DNA from: Raillietiella orientalis
Lineage: Eukaryota
DNA length: 64,000 bases
Assembly: GCA_036172245.1 (NCBI GenBank)
Contig: JAYWIR010000004.1
Span: forward strand, 3,410,001-3,474,000
Direction of reading: 5' to 3'
In this document: piece after piece, positions 11,801-24,754 of the stretch
Position numbering within the stretch: position 1 is the first letter of the stretch
Layout of the letters: each line of letters begins with the position of its first letter
The notes under the pieces: model-generated
Seen by the model: the letters and a program-made list of their open reading frames with translations, nothing else
Told to the model about the DNA's origin: nothing
Database searches by the model: none
Position numbers and translations under genes: made by a program

Positions 11801-14800
11801 ACAGAGAAAGTATCTATTTCTTTTAGGCAATCATTTTGAAATCTGAGCGCATTTTCTCAACACCATCAGTTCACTCCTTGTTCCGAAAGTGAACTTTCGA
11901 GTGGTTCAATGGTAGGGTATGGAGGAAAATATCCTTTCCTTTTTAAATGGAGACTCATCATGATCTTTGTCCAAACTCCTGGGAGATCCATTGCTCATTT
12001 CGGTCCACATCGACGAATCGCTGGAGATATGATAAGTGATAAATAGCGAACAAGTTCTCTTCTATGCGAGCAACAGCACATACATGCGTACATTTTGACT
12101 CGGACTCACACTGATTCCTAGCAAGATCGTGGCAGTTGCTTTAAAATTTCCTTTTGGAGACTGAATGTGGGAGCACTTTCATCTTTTCAGAGGAACGGAC
12201 AAAACATAAAATGCACCTAAATAAATATCAGCGATTTGAGAGTGCTGTTTCAGTAAGCCAAATCGAAATTTTCGTCCCTGCTGTCCATTCCAAGATTGTC
12301 CTTCTTTCGAATAGCAGATCAGATCCATTCTTTCAGTACTTTCACTGAAAAGCAAGCCGTTTGATTTTATTTTTTCTAGGTTTCCCAGATGATATTAAGA
12401 AAGCATTTCTGCCATGCAAAATGCTTTGGATACACAGAGAAAGTCTTCAAAAACTCGTAATGTTCAGATGGTAAATCGATCATGTAAAAAATTATTTTCC
12501 TCTTCGATAAGTCACCACTGATTATGATTAGGCAATCGCTCATTCTTTTGCCATTCGTCTTCCTCATGATTGCATGAGACGTGAAAAAAAAAAAAAAAGA
12601 GAGAGAGATTGCGTGTAAACCCATCCAGCGTCCCTATTGAGTCACAAATGTCAAATTACTAGCTCGATTTAGCAGTAACCTCTATAGGAGGGCGAGCATT
12701 TTTCCGGGTTTGAAAATCAGCTGGTTTGGGAAGAGGGTGATGTGGTGTTGAAATGAATGCAATGCACAAAGGATGAATCCATCTTGACAGTGTGAAGTGG
12801 GAACCGCTGAGGAGTTCGTTCAAAACAGAATTCCAAGATACATTCGGACACGAAAGCTGCAACTGCTTGGTTTCGAAACACCATACCTTGAAAACTATTT
12901 CCATCCGGAGTAAAGATCCATCAAGGTATATTCATAGCCGCAAACTTCAGGCTTTCTGCTAACGACTACGCACAACGCTTCTTCCGCACTTTTGAAGACA
13001 CAGGTACAAAGATAGAAAGCAAAAAACTTCTTTATGGGCAGTCAAATCGAACAGCTGGAAATGGCAACTAAATAATGCTTTACAGAGAGTAAATGAATTG
13101 CAAGCATCCTTGTGCCACGTTGACCATTTTCATCCGAACCCCATCTGCAGCTCTGCCTCTCAAAAGAGAAACAAAGAATTCTCACCTTAAGAAGGAGTGC
13201 GCAAAATGGTTGTCATTAGCGGGCAGAGAGACCCTGAAGGGTCGGTGGAAAATTGCTGCACGAGACGGAACATTCGTGCAACCTTTTCGTATGGAGAGTG
13301 CTCTCTCAAAACTTTTTTTCCTTTCTTTCTCAGGATTGATAGCTGTGCATTACAAGTACAACACACTGCAAAAGTATCAGCTCCAGTTAAAGAATATTTC
13401 TCGAACGGTCATCACGTTGAGAAAAAACATGCATCGTTTCTTTCGACACTGAGCTTTTCCGCAGCTAATCAAAACAATTTAAGAATCAGTGCACTAAATT
13501 ATTCTGGAATTGGGGCAAGATGACTTCATGGATTCCCTAAGTTAAACTAAAATGAGTTGGAATAACGATCAATAGGAAATAGAAAAAGAATTTTAAAAGA
13601 ACTCATTTCAAGGCACGCTGTGCCTTTTCTCATTTGAGTGATATTTTTTGTACATACAGACCCCTTTTATACATGAATCATTTCTAATCCCTAGCGTTCA
13701 TTCCAATGATACAGAAGAGTTTGCCCAAGAGCAGAAATCACATCACACTGACAGGTATTCTTCAATCTAATTCACTTCCTTTTCGCCATATTCTTTCATG
13801 TAGTCGCTCACCTTCCGCCCTCCCAATCACAACTCGGCTCTGCTTTCTTTGGAAAATATTTCCATACTCGAACTCACTGAAAGCAGAAACTGTCAATGGC
13901 ATTATGAATGTAATGAAAATCAAACCAACGCTAGTTCAATCAGGCAACTACAAAATAGGCTAAAATTGCTGCCACAAGAAGAAATCTTCAGAAGTTGTTC
14001 CACACACCTGAAACACCGGACAGCGCGAATCCCTGAAGGAAAATTCCAATATCGAAACTTGTGAAAGATAGTAGGGACTACCTCTGTCATAAGGTTCCTA
14101 GATATAAAATGCAACATCGCACTGATCATCAAGTCTGCTTCCTGCTTCCCGATGCAAGCACGAAAGTACACAAAATCACATACTGCTCCAGTACGGAAGC
14201 TGCATCGACATGCATAGAAACCGAGGAAATAACCGGTGAACTTCACCAACACGGTCAACAGAAGAATCTGCGTTTTTCTTGCGTGAAGATCATCGATAAA
14301 ACCATCGCTGGATTTGGGCTCTGGTTTCGGAATTTCCTCTTCGGAAGAGGGAAGGCATCCACTTATGAATTCATCAGTTAATTCTTCTACACCTTCATTT
14401 TCTCCTTTAAACGGAGGACCACTTCTGGGTCCATCGATGCTCCGTTCCAAATCTCCAGACCCTTCTTAGGAGGCGACATCAACTCAAGCGTTTTCGATGA
14501 AGAGTTCATCGATAACGGAAATGTTATCCGAACTGTCTTCTGCGCTCTCATCATCATTTCCCAACGACGTCCATCTGTCGCTTTCAGATCCTGCGACCTC
14601 CATCAGCAGAATTCCTCTCTTGTCTTTTCCAAAATAAAATCCCAGACCCAGGTTTCTCAGCTTTGATAACGGGTCTGGGATTCTTTGGATTTGCATATTC
14701 CATATGCAAATCCAAAGAATTGCACAAAGAATGCAACAATTGAAAGATGAGTAGATTTTAGCATCATTCTGTTCACCAGTAATCATGCCTTTGTTATCGT

Positions 14801-16112
14801 AACATGAGATCCAATAGTTTCGTGAACTATACATGGAAGCAATGGAGTGGTTTTCTGAATATGAAGAAATGAAAGCCTACATAACTAGTACTTCTTTAGG
14901 AGAACAATGGAACAAAAAATGATCCAGTTGAAGTTCTCAGTGTCCACTGATAGGATTTAGCGGTCTGCATTCGTAATTTATCCTAAGTAGCGTATCGAAT
15001 ATTGCACTGCCATGTAACACGAAAAGCTATAGATACGCACCACAGTTGATCACAGAGACCCCTCCAAAAATGGTAATGATGCGTTTGCTCGGCTATTCCA
15101 GTATCTTTCCCAGGCTTTGCCATACGGTATTCTGTTTCAATATAGAGAACAGAAAGTTGCATGGTGATACAAGGTTGGAGGTTGTCTGCTGATTTTTAAA
15201 TGAAGTTGGTTACAAACTGGATGAATCATTATATCTTTTAGGCAAAGGAGTTTGAAGAATGATTGTTAATATGGGTAATGACAAACCTTGACGAAGATAG
15301 CCCATGAAAACACTGCTTAACTTTGAACAAACTATTTAACCCAATAGATATGAGAATTGTTCATAATCACTATACCTGCTGAAGACTTGGCAGGACCAGG
15401 ATCAATTCAACAAGCAACCCTCTCACAAGGTACACGGTTCTTGAGAAAATGATCAATGAGGAAATGAAGAAAACTGCATATTGAGAATATTTTTGCTAAG
15501 TTTTTTATTCATTGAATTGTAACTTTGAATATCAACGTATGTGTTGTGCCTTTCCTAATGCCAAGCTGTTTCGTGTCGTTAAAAGCAAATGCAAAATTCT
15601 CTTTCCTTTCTTCCTCTTAGCCTCATCAAACCGGACTTTTTTTTAGTCCCCAAAAGTCGGCAGGAATCATTTTCAGTTGGAACTTTTGTTTCGTTTCTCT
15701 CTTTTTCTTTCAATTGTACCGTGGATACATTGAACTTTTAAGAAGAGCACAATTTCGTGATTTTTGGCTTCCTCCCTTCCATAAAAGCAGCTGCATTTCG
15801 GTAGATGCACGAATGTTTACACAGCTTCATATTCCTGTGAATACTTCTGTACATTTCGAAATCATTTCGTGAAGTTACTTACTTATACCCTGTAGAGTAC
15901 GGAATATCTGTACAATCTTGAAGAGCTTAGCCCACTTTCCACCCGAGCTCAGTTTAAGGTGCATTCATTTCATAAATGTCGCTCCATTTTTTTTTTTTGT
16001 TTTGGCTATCCGTTGATTTCGAAAGCAGATCTTCGTAACACAGCATACGCAACAAAATTCAACCGTTTCCAGTTTTTCAGTGCAAGAATCACCTTGCAAC
16101 CGTTTCCATTAC

Positions 16113-16231
16113 TCTTTGACTTCGAACTGAGCTTTGACCGTTGACCCCCGGCGGCCTCGGGTGCGCCTCAGACCATCGAGCAGCCGTCGTGCTGCTGCCG
16201 TCCAGCAGCGTTCTGCAGCAACGGGGAACAT
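16113..16231 (-). CDS. Candidate first coding exon of a gene divergent from MBTPS1
   Basis: GC/CpG-rich patch in AT-rich surroundings. ATG-initiated MFPVAAERCWTAAARRLLDGLRRTRGRRGSTVKAQFEVK ends at a GA|GTAATG donor. No homology recognised. Confidence 0.3.
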
Positions 16232-16307
16232 GCAGGGAATTCGAAGCAGCTTCTTCCCATCAGTATCAGGAATGCTTGTGTGCCCGCGTACAACGAAGAA
16301 GAGCAAA

Positions 16308-16334
<27 letters not shown>
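16308..16334. repeat. (CA)n microsatellite, about 13 units
   Basis: Uninterrupted acacac run about 0.5 kb upstream of the MBTPS1 ATG. Confidence 0.95.
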
Positions 16335-16338
<4 letters not shown>

Positions 16339-16852
16339 CAGGCGATGCTGGCATATGTTGAGTCAGATGTTTGTGCAGGATTGATCATTCGAAGTCGTTT
16401 CATCAATCTTATGATACGCATAGAACAATGCATGCATACGAAGTGGGAAGATAATTTTTTGTTTCTGCATTGATTTGGAATGAAGCAAGAATTCATGGTT
16501 GCAAGTGTTCGTGTTTGTACTGAATTCATTGTAGTATGACATTGCTGCAGATGCTGGAGCCCAATAAAGATTGAGTGTTGCACCGTGATTTGAATAATCG
16601 TGCCTGCCAAACCACCCCGGTGAAAATTCAAGAAACAAATGTCATAAGAGGATTTTCAAACCGGTTTACAACGTTTCTTTCTTTGTTTGTTTTCTCATAT
16701 TCTCACATATAGATTTGGATAAACATTCAAATTATACGATTCATATGATCGAAAAATGTAATCCTTTTTCGTTGAAACATGCAATGCTTTGAAACTTGAG
16801 CAATAGATCCCATTTTTTAGTAGCAGCATAAATCTGTTTTATATTTACGTAC

Positions 16853-19800
16853 ATGCTCATGCAGTATTATGTAAAGCCTAAAGGAAACACATATCTCTTA
16901 TGGTCTCTATTTTTCATATCAAAAGCTAATGTGTTGTCTATCTTATGGCTATTTGTACATATCCAAGTTATTTCTACCGCAACAAATGAAACGCTATTTC
17001 AAGAAAAAAACAATGCCCACTATGTAGAAGATGCACAGTTAACGTTTTTGTCATCAGTGAAAAAAAACGGTAACTTGTAAACTTTTTGCATAATGAACAC
17101 ATTTTTGATTAAAGTGTATAGAATACATTGTTATATATAAAGGATACTTTAATAAATCCATGCGCAGTAGTTTCATTGCTGAGGCTTTTTGTGATACTGC
17201 TGCTTCAAATTGGGAAATAACACCAAGAACAAATGCAGCTGCAGATTTAGCAAGTGATTTTGATGTGCTGCAGGTATTCAGACAAGAATTTATAGATTGT
17301 GAAGGTCTGATGTATTTCATAGATAAAAGGAAATGAAACCAATAGCATTAAGCTTCTTCTTGCCCATCGTTATATTAAAAGCATTTCTCCTCAAAGAATT
17401 GTCATTAGAAGTTTAAACCATGAACAATTACTGAAACCAAAAGATGAGGTAAATTGTGATGGAAGACAGTGTCAGCTAAAACATTCTGCTCCAGTCTTGG
17501 AAAATTCAGGTATTGTGAAGGTAAATTTTGACTTGTTGTTCCAACAGTTATTTATTAGTTTTCAGGATTTTGAGTATTCTGCCATTAGGGCAAATGGCAA
17601 GAGGATACTGAGGGTGATTCCCAATCAAGTTACTTCTATATTGAAAGCTGATGTGCTTTGGGAGAAAGGAATTAAAGGTTTTGAAACTATTCATGTGATG
17701 CTCATTCATTGCTTGTGTAGGCAAAGGAGTGAAAATAGCCATTTTTGATACAGGATTAGCTAAACAGCATCCTCATTTCAAGGAAATAACAGAAAGAACA
17801 GATTGGACTAATGAAAGGACTTTGGAGGATGGCTTGGGTCATGGAACTTTTGTAGCAGGGGTTATTGCATCCCAGAAGGATTGCCTTGGCTTTGCCCCAG
17901 AAGCAGAACTGCACATCTATCGTGTTTTCACCAATAAACAAGTAAAGACAATTGATATTTGTTCATTAGTTATAGTGGTTTATAAAGGTATCATACACTT
18001 CTTGGTTTTTGGATGCTTTCAATTATGCTATTTCCAAGAAAATCAATATATTGAATTTGAGCATTGGTGGTCCAGATTTTATGGATCAACCTTTTGTAGA
18101 CAAGGTCTGGGAACTCACAGCCAATGGGATCATCATGGTTTCAGCGATTGGCAATGATGGGCCTTTATATGGGTTAGGGACATACATTAGGTGAATTTGT
18201 ATTACCATATTGTTTTAGAACTCTTAATAATCCAGCTGATCAAATGGATGTTATTGGAGTTGGTGGCATTAACTTTGAAGATCAGATAGCACGATTCTCT
18301 TCAAGAGGAATGACCACATGGGAGTTACCTCAAGGATATGGACGGGTCAAGCCTGATATTGTTACATATGGCTATGCTGTAGGAGGGTCCAATTTGCAAG
18401 ATGGCTGCCGAACTTTATCAGGAACTAGTGTTGCTTCACCTGTTGTGGCAGGCAGTATAGCTCTCCTTCTCAGGTATTTCTCACAATGCTCCACAAATAT
18501 TACAGCTAAGTATGTTTTTAGTGGAGTACTCCATCGAGGCGACATTATCAATCCTGCAAGTGTCAAGCAGGCTCTTCTTGCAGGGGCAGAGCGTTTACCA
18601 GGTGTCAACATGTTTGAGCAGGGCCAGGGAAAAATGAACTTGTTAAATACTTTCGAGATTTTGTCTACTTATGAGCCCCAAGTGACTCTATTCCCTAGGT
18701 TTGCATTATATAGAATAAACAAGATAAATAGTACAAGCTTGTTTCAGCTACATTGATCTGACAGAATGCCCTTACATGTGGCCTTATTGTTCACAGCCAC
18801 TATACTATGGAGCTATGCCTGTCATTGTGAATGTTACTCTGTTGAATGGAATGGGTGTATCTGGTCACCTTGTTGGTGAACCACAATGGCATCCTGATGT
18901 GCATAATCATGGTCACTTTCTCAGAGTGGCAATTGAACACCCAGATATTATATGGCCTTGGTCAGGATTCCTGGCAGTTACAATTTCAGTTTGCCAGACA
19001 GCTTCTGACTGGGATGGAATTGCTCAAGGGATGATCACAATTATAGTAGAATCAATTTCTACTAAAGGATCTGCTTTCACATCAACTGCACAGCTGTCTA
19101 TCAAAGCCAGAATCATGCCAGTACCACCTCGGCAGTAAGTTGCAAAGTTTCACATCAGTACTAATTGGATTTTAGAAAACGTCTCCTTTGGGATCAGTTT
19201 CATAGTTTGCGTTATCCTCCAGGATATTTCCCAAGAGATAACTTAAAGACAAAAAATGACCCACTGGATTGGAATGGCGATCACATCCATACTAATTTTC
19301 GAGATGCTTACCAACACTTGCGAAATCAGGGGTACTATGTTGAGGTGTTGGGACAGCCCTTTACCTGTTTTAATGCCTCTCAATATGGAGCACTATTGCT
19401 TATTGATCCTGAAGAGGAGTACTTTCCTGAAGAAATAATCAAACTGCAGCATGATGTTAATGAGCTTGGTCTAGCATTAGTAGTATTTGCTGACTGGTAC
19501 AATGTGTCTGTGATGAATCAGATCAAATTTTTTGATGAAAACACAAGGTAGCTTTAAGCCTCCTCTACATTATGTTACATTAGTAGCATTTGTGAATAGG
19601 AAGTGGTGGTTACCCCAAACTGGTGGAGCCAATCTTCCTGCTCTGAATGACTTATTGCAAACATGGCAAATGGCTTTTGGAGATGGTGTGTATGAAGGGG
19701 AGTACTCAATAGAGGAACATTCCACATATTATGCATCTGGAAGTCACTTGGTAGAATTTCCAGCTAATAGCTTCATTCTGTGGCGTTCACTCACAGACCA

Positions 19801-20644
19801 AGGTTACTCAAATCCATGTGATTACAAGATCATGTTTTGCCAGGTCAGGAGATGTTGGGAAATAAAGTACTTGAAAAGACCAACGTGGCTGTGATGGGAA
19901 TATATCCCAATAAGGCGAAAAGCGGCCCAGTTATCTTATATGGGGACTCTAATTGTTTAGATAGTAGTCATTTGCAGTCAGGTAGGCAGCATACACATTA
20001 ATTTGATAGTGCAGCTCAGCTGATAGACTGCTTCTGGCTGCTTGATGCCATTTTGGAGTATACTAGCACTGGCTCTTTGCCTTCATTTTTCCAAGAGCTC
20101 ACGCCTGCCAATTTGGCCCTGGATTCTAAAAAACCCAAACGACTAGCAGCTAAGCAACTGTTGCCTTTCTCACGAGTGCTGCAAGCAGAACCCAAGAACC
20201 ATAAGGACCTGCTTTCTTGTCCTCAACCACTCTGGGCAACTCCTCACCTTCCAAACAAGTCTATCATGTGAGTGCTTGTCAATTAAACAAAGCATATTTT
20301 AAGTTCTGAGTTCTTTATTCAGGGATCTCAATGTCCCAGTTATGTATATTTCGCAGAGTCCCCTTTTCTTATCACAGTCTGCATTATCAGATTTCTTCAG
20401 TGGGTCCTTTCAACCCACTAGTGCGTTTAGTTTGTATGGAAATCATGACTGGAGTTTTCCCATCCCACCCCTAGCTCTTGGGACAGTCATTGCAATAGGA
20501 ATGCTTTTACTGATGTTTTTATTAATCTGTCACAAAAAGCACCTATTCAAAGTACCCAAGGGTTACTTCCTCAAACTTTTATCCTGTTTAATGGAATGGA
20601 GTTCTAGTGCTCCAACATCTCATAAAGTCATTGGAGTAACATGA
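16853..20644 (+). CDS. MBTPS1: Membrane-bound transcription factor site-1 protease (S1P/SKI-1, subtilase S8); 14 exons, ~1059 aa
   Basis: GT-AG introns at 17070-17121, 17274-17322, 17521-17565, 17678-17720, 17942-17987, 18173-18218, 18474-18521, 18699-18747, 19135-19175, 19548-19599, 19803-19843, 19982-20026 and 20268-20322. Removing them leaves a 3180-nt open frame. It has an N-terminal hydrophobic signal, a prodomain ([10 protein letters not shown]...[24 protein letters not shown]) and the catalytic triad motifs [12 protein letters not shown] and SGTSVASP. It also has the S1P-specific [21 protein letters not shown] and a C-terminal TM helix. The start ATG and intron 3 are the least certain parts. 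Confidence 0.96.
20518..20523 (-). terminator. Candidate AATAAA polyadenylation signal for NUDT19, inside the last MBTPS1 coding exon
   Basis: tttatt on the + strand, about 100 nt past the NUDT19 stop; it is the first canonical hexamer on that strand after the stop. Confidence 0.45.
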
Positions 20645-21741
20645 CTCAAAGGCATCTGGAGGAGGTCACAGCTGAGAGTTCCCACTTGAGCTCCCTGAAC
20701 AATTTCCATGCGATTGAGGCAGCCTGCTTTTCTATGAAGCTGTGCTAATGTGCATGTGGTTGTCATTATCCCATCCCACTTTTTCATCTGAGACTCAGAA
20801 GGATACAGACTATCACCTGGCAAATTTCCTTCATCATAAATATAGCTAGCTAACCTGGAAACAGGATTGCAGCTCCATCCAAGCACTGAATTTTAACTGA
20901 CTCCCAGCGCTCTAACCCTTTGTGCTGTCTCCATTCAGAAAATAATTGGAGGTCTTCCTGTTTGCTAAACTGTAGAAGGCGACTTATTTCATAGAGTTGG
21001 GGTGGTGCAAGAGTGAGTTTTGCAGCTTTGTAATTCTGAATAATGATATCTGGAAGCAACCACTATTCCTAGTTAGCAGCTCCTACATATCTCTTTGCAT
21101 CTTACTTGATGATCAGACATTTCTTCTGCTTGTAAGCTCACTTGGCAAGTGTCTGGCAAGGAGCACATGAAAAAAAGTGTATCAAACCTTTTTTTATAGA
21201 ATGAAGGAGTCAACCAGTTGCTCCAAGCATGCAAGGACCATACATCAGGCACCATTTTGTAATCTTTGCACATCACCAAAAAATTACTAGCATCAGATTT
21301 TATTTTATCTTGCCATTTCCTGATATCACTTGACAGGCTTTTAATAGCAGCTGTTGGCTTAAATAAACCAACTCCAGTTTCTTCAAAAGTTTCCCTGATG
21401 GCTGCAATCCTTAATGCCAGTTGTGGTGTGAGTGCATCTTTCCATTCCAAAAACATTGGTGGCTGTTTTTCACATGTGAAATGCTCAGCAGTGTATCCAG
21501 TGCAACTTCTAAACAGGTCCAACCATTTTAATGACATGTCACTAGCATCAAGTGCACCACCGGGAAAAACATACGTTTTGGGCATGAATGAACTACGCTC
21601 ATGGCGTTCAAGTAAGAGGACTTTATAATCATAGCTTTTTTTGTTAATGGCATTGTTAATTTTGCAATCTGAAATCACTGATTTGAACTTTGCATTCAGG
21701 AGCACCGTTGCAGAGAGCGTCCATTTTGTTTTTTGATTTGC
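20620..21741 (-). CDS. NUDT19: Nudix hydrolase 19-like acyl-CoA diphosphatase; at least 3 exons, 5' end unresolved
   Basis: Exons 21741-21106, 21062-20855 and 20816-20620 (introns of 43 and 38 nt) join into 346 codons plus TGA. Motifs: KWTLSATVLL, FMPKTYVFPGG, Nudix box AAIRETFEETGV, WSNWLTP, KRFDTLFF, LAPPQLYEISRL, FPGDSLYP and LNRM. The exon at 21741 begins after a TAG acceptor and lacks an upstream in-frame ATG, so a further 5' exon is needed. Confidence 0.9.
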
Positions 21742-24700
21742 CTATTATCCAATTTGATTATAGATTTAAAAAAAAAGCTGGCAAATTCATATCAAGGATT
21801 TGTAAAACATGTGGCAGATTAGACATGAATGTGTATAAGAACCGCAACATGAATTCAAAAACAAATGACGTTTATTTTAAGTTGTAAATTTCTTTATATC
21901 ACTTGAATTTTTTACCAAATGTAAGGTTTACCCAAAATTCTTGTTTCTGTAATCTTTTGGCAATTAGTAATGAATACATTTAAACAAAAGGCAATCAAAA
22001 ATCGGAGAAAAATTTACGCTCACCCATAGATGTTTTGGGTTTATCTTTAATCGGAAACAAAAATATTCAAATATATGAAAGTAAATTCAACATCAGAACC
22101 CCCGTGATGGCGTAACTATCGAAAGTTTCATACACAAATCAAATGCACATAAAAGTAGAATCCTGTTGTTTCAAAGTTTCACTGGAGTGATACCTTCTTC
22201 CTCTGCTTGATATGTTTTCGAAGTTAAGCACCAAGCTAAGTACACTTCAGTGATTTTGATACGCCTTTTTTTTTCTATATGTTTTATTTCTCAACTCAAC
22301 AGTCCATTCAGTGATCGGAAGTGGAGTGCCGCCAGTTTTTCCCCCCCTACCCTGGTGACTGCATTTATGAGAACAATCTTTTGCGACTTTGGTTAGAAGA
22401 AAACGATAAAATCTTCAAAACTGATGCTGCAATCTTTAAAAGCGGTTTCCTTGCAACGCTGGTATTGCTGAAAACATGCGAACGACTAACTTAAAAGCAG
22501 TTCGTTAAAGGGCGGAAGGAACAAGCATTTTTCCCGTTCAGTCTCACAATTTCGTTACTTTATTTTAATAGCATTATAATTTTTCCATAATAGTGATCGT
22601 AAAATTTATTCTTGAAGCATTTTAATTTTCCCAATGGATCAGTCTTTCCTTCAAAAAAGGTGCTTACTCCTTTTCGAAGGAAAAAGTTAGCCTTGTACTC
22701 TACTTACAGTACAGCACGTACAAATTTGTTACTCATTTACCATGTACCAGAACGAACCGGGAAACTATGTCATGGAATTATTCAGTACTGACCAAACTAC
22801 GAAGTTTTCGAGCAAGCTCAAGCTGGAACAGAAAATGAACATCAAACTTCACTGGATTTCCCTCTACTGGTATATATTGCACATCAATCATGCGCATGGA
22901 ATGTTGGCATGCGTGTGGAACAAAGTTCAAGCAAAGCATTCAAAGGTTCCATAACTTCTACACGATTATGTTTCAAGAATACAGCTGATGTTACAGGTGG
23001 GCAGTTTTTACTTGGAAACCTTTATTTAAGAATGAAAGATTAAGCATTGGAAATTTTGATACGTTTATAATATGCGAAGATCATAGTATAACGTTTTCAG
23101 CAAGTATTATTGGCAGAAAAAGTGTTCGTGAAGGGCATTTACTATTTAAGGTATTTAATATCAATGCGCATTGATGCAATTTGCAGTAAGCACTGCATAC
23201 TTAGTTGGGCGTTTCTTTTATCCACTAGTTTACTGTCCAACATGAAATTACATTACTTCAGCGGATAATCTTCATACATCGCAAAACGTAACATTCTAAA
23301 CCCCACGATAATACAAAAAGTTATTTTTCATATACTCAGTTGTTCTATGGAAACATGTTACAAATGAAGAACAACTGAAAGGTTTCAAACAATGCTATTG
23401 TGAGTGCAGCAGTGCTCCTCCAGTAAAATTAAGATTTAGATGTATGTGAAGTATGTTAAAACCATCCTTTCAAACCATTAAACCCATCAACAGCCTATTG
23501 GTCACTATCACATGAATGAAAAGGCTTCAAATGGAGAGCATAATGTTTAGCAAATCATTTGTAGTCATCTTCAACCATATGGATAGTTGCTCAGTGTGCA
23601 CACTCATGAAATTTAACTGGAGATACAAAAAGAATAATACATTTTGTTTCTTTATAGTATGCAAACAGCTGGTTTGTTTCATTTCCTTCTATACACAGTA
23701 CTTGCATGCCTAAACAGTATAGCAAGGATCTTTCAATATCACATAACTTACTACTAATTTTAACTCTTGAATTTTTCATTGGAAGATGACTGGACCTGCT
23801 TGGCTTTTATTTTTGGCAGTTGGAAGCCATTCTAAGGTCAATTTTCTATTAAATCTTTGCTCTTTTGACAATTTAAATTTCAAAAAATTCTCTTTCTTTT
23901 GCTTCCTTAGCTAGATGCTTTGATGTAATGAATTTGGAGTTTTTTATGGAATTTTTCTGCATATTTTTTGCTGTCGACATTGACCTTGTCCTGCTTTCTG
24001 TATGAAGCTTTAGAATTGCATTTGCCATGTCAATGCTCTACAAATTACTCTTAATGTCCCCTTGTTGCTCAAGATCTCTTTAACACTGAATATAAGTACA
24101 CATTTTTAAAGAACTTATTTATCACACATACACAGGTCATTTCCAAATGTACAGCTCATTTGTCCAATCATGTTCTCAGGGAAGATCAACACTTTTCTAA
24201 AACATGTCAGTTTTGCTGGTGAGCAAGGAATTGCATGCTCAATATTCTAAATTTCCAAGCAGTCATATTTCATTCTAAATTTCTACACAATAGTCATAGT
24301 ATTTACACATATGCAATAATCATCCTGATGGAAAAAATAAGAAAATGAAGCTCCTAATGTACTTAAGACATGAAAACCAAAAAAAAACTTGGATGAATTC
24401 ACTTTGATCATATCTGTTACCACTTTTATGCTAATATGCAATATCTGATTGTTCTGACAACATCAAATAATTCAAAGTTATGATGGCAGTGGGAAATTTC
24501 AACTCAGAATGTATGATATAACTATCCAAGAAAAAACGAGCCTCTTGGGAATTCAGCAAATAAGATTGGAAATAATGAGCTTATGATACAAAATCCACAT
24601 TAAAATGAAGGAACTCTTAATAGGAATGCCAGTTTTGAAAACTTCAATTTAATCTTTTATTATCATTCTGAGCTGTTAAAAAAATGACTTAATACAACAC

Positions 24701-24754
24701 TGAACTTCTTGGTTGTATGCAACTTTTGATGTTCCCATCAACAGAAACTTGTGA

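Noticed and set aside
22634..22869. Possible selenoprotein: spliced ORF with in-frame TGA (...IIQY*PNYEVFEQ...)
   Set aside because: No CxxU/UxxC motif, no convincing family match and no SECIS element recognised.
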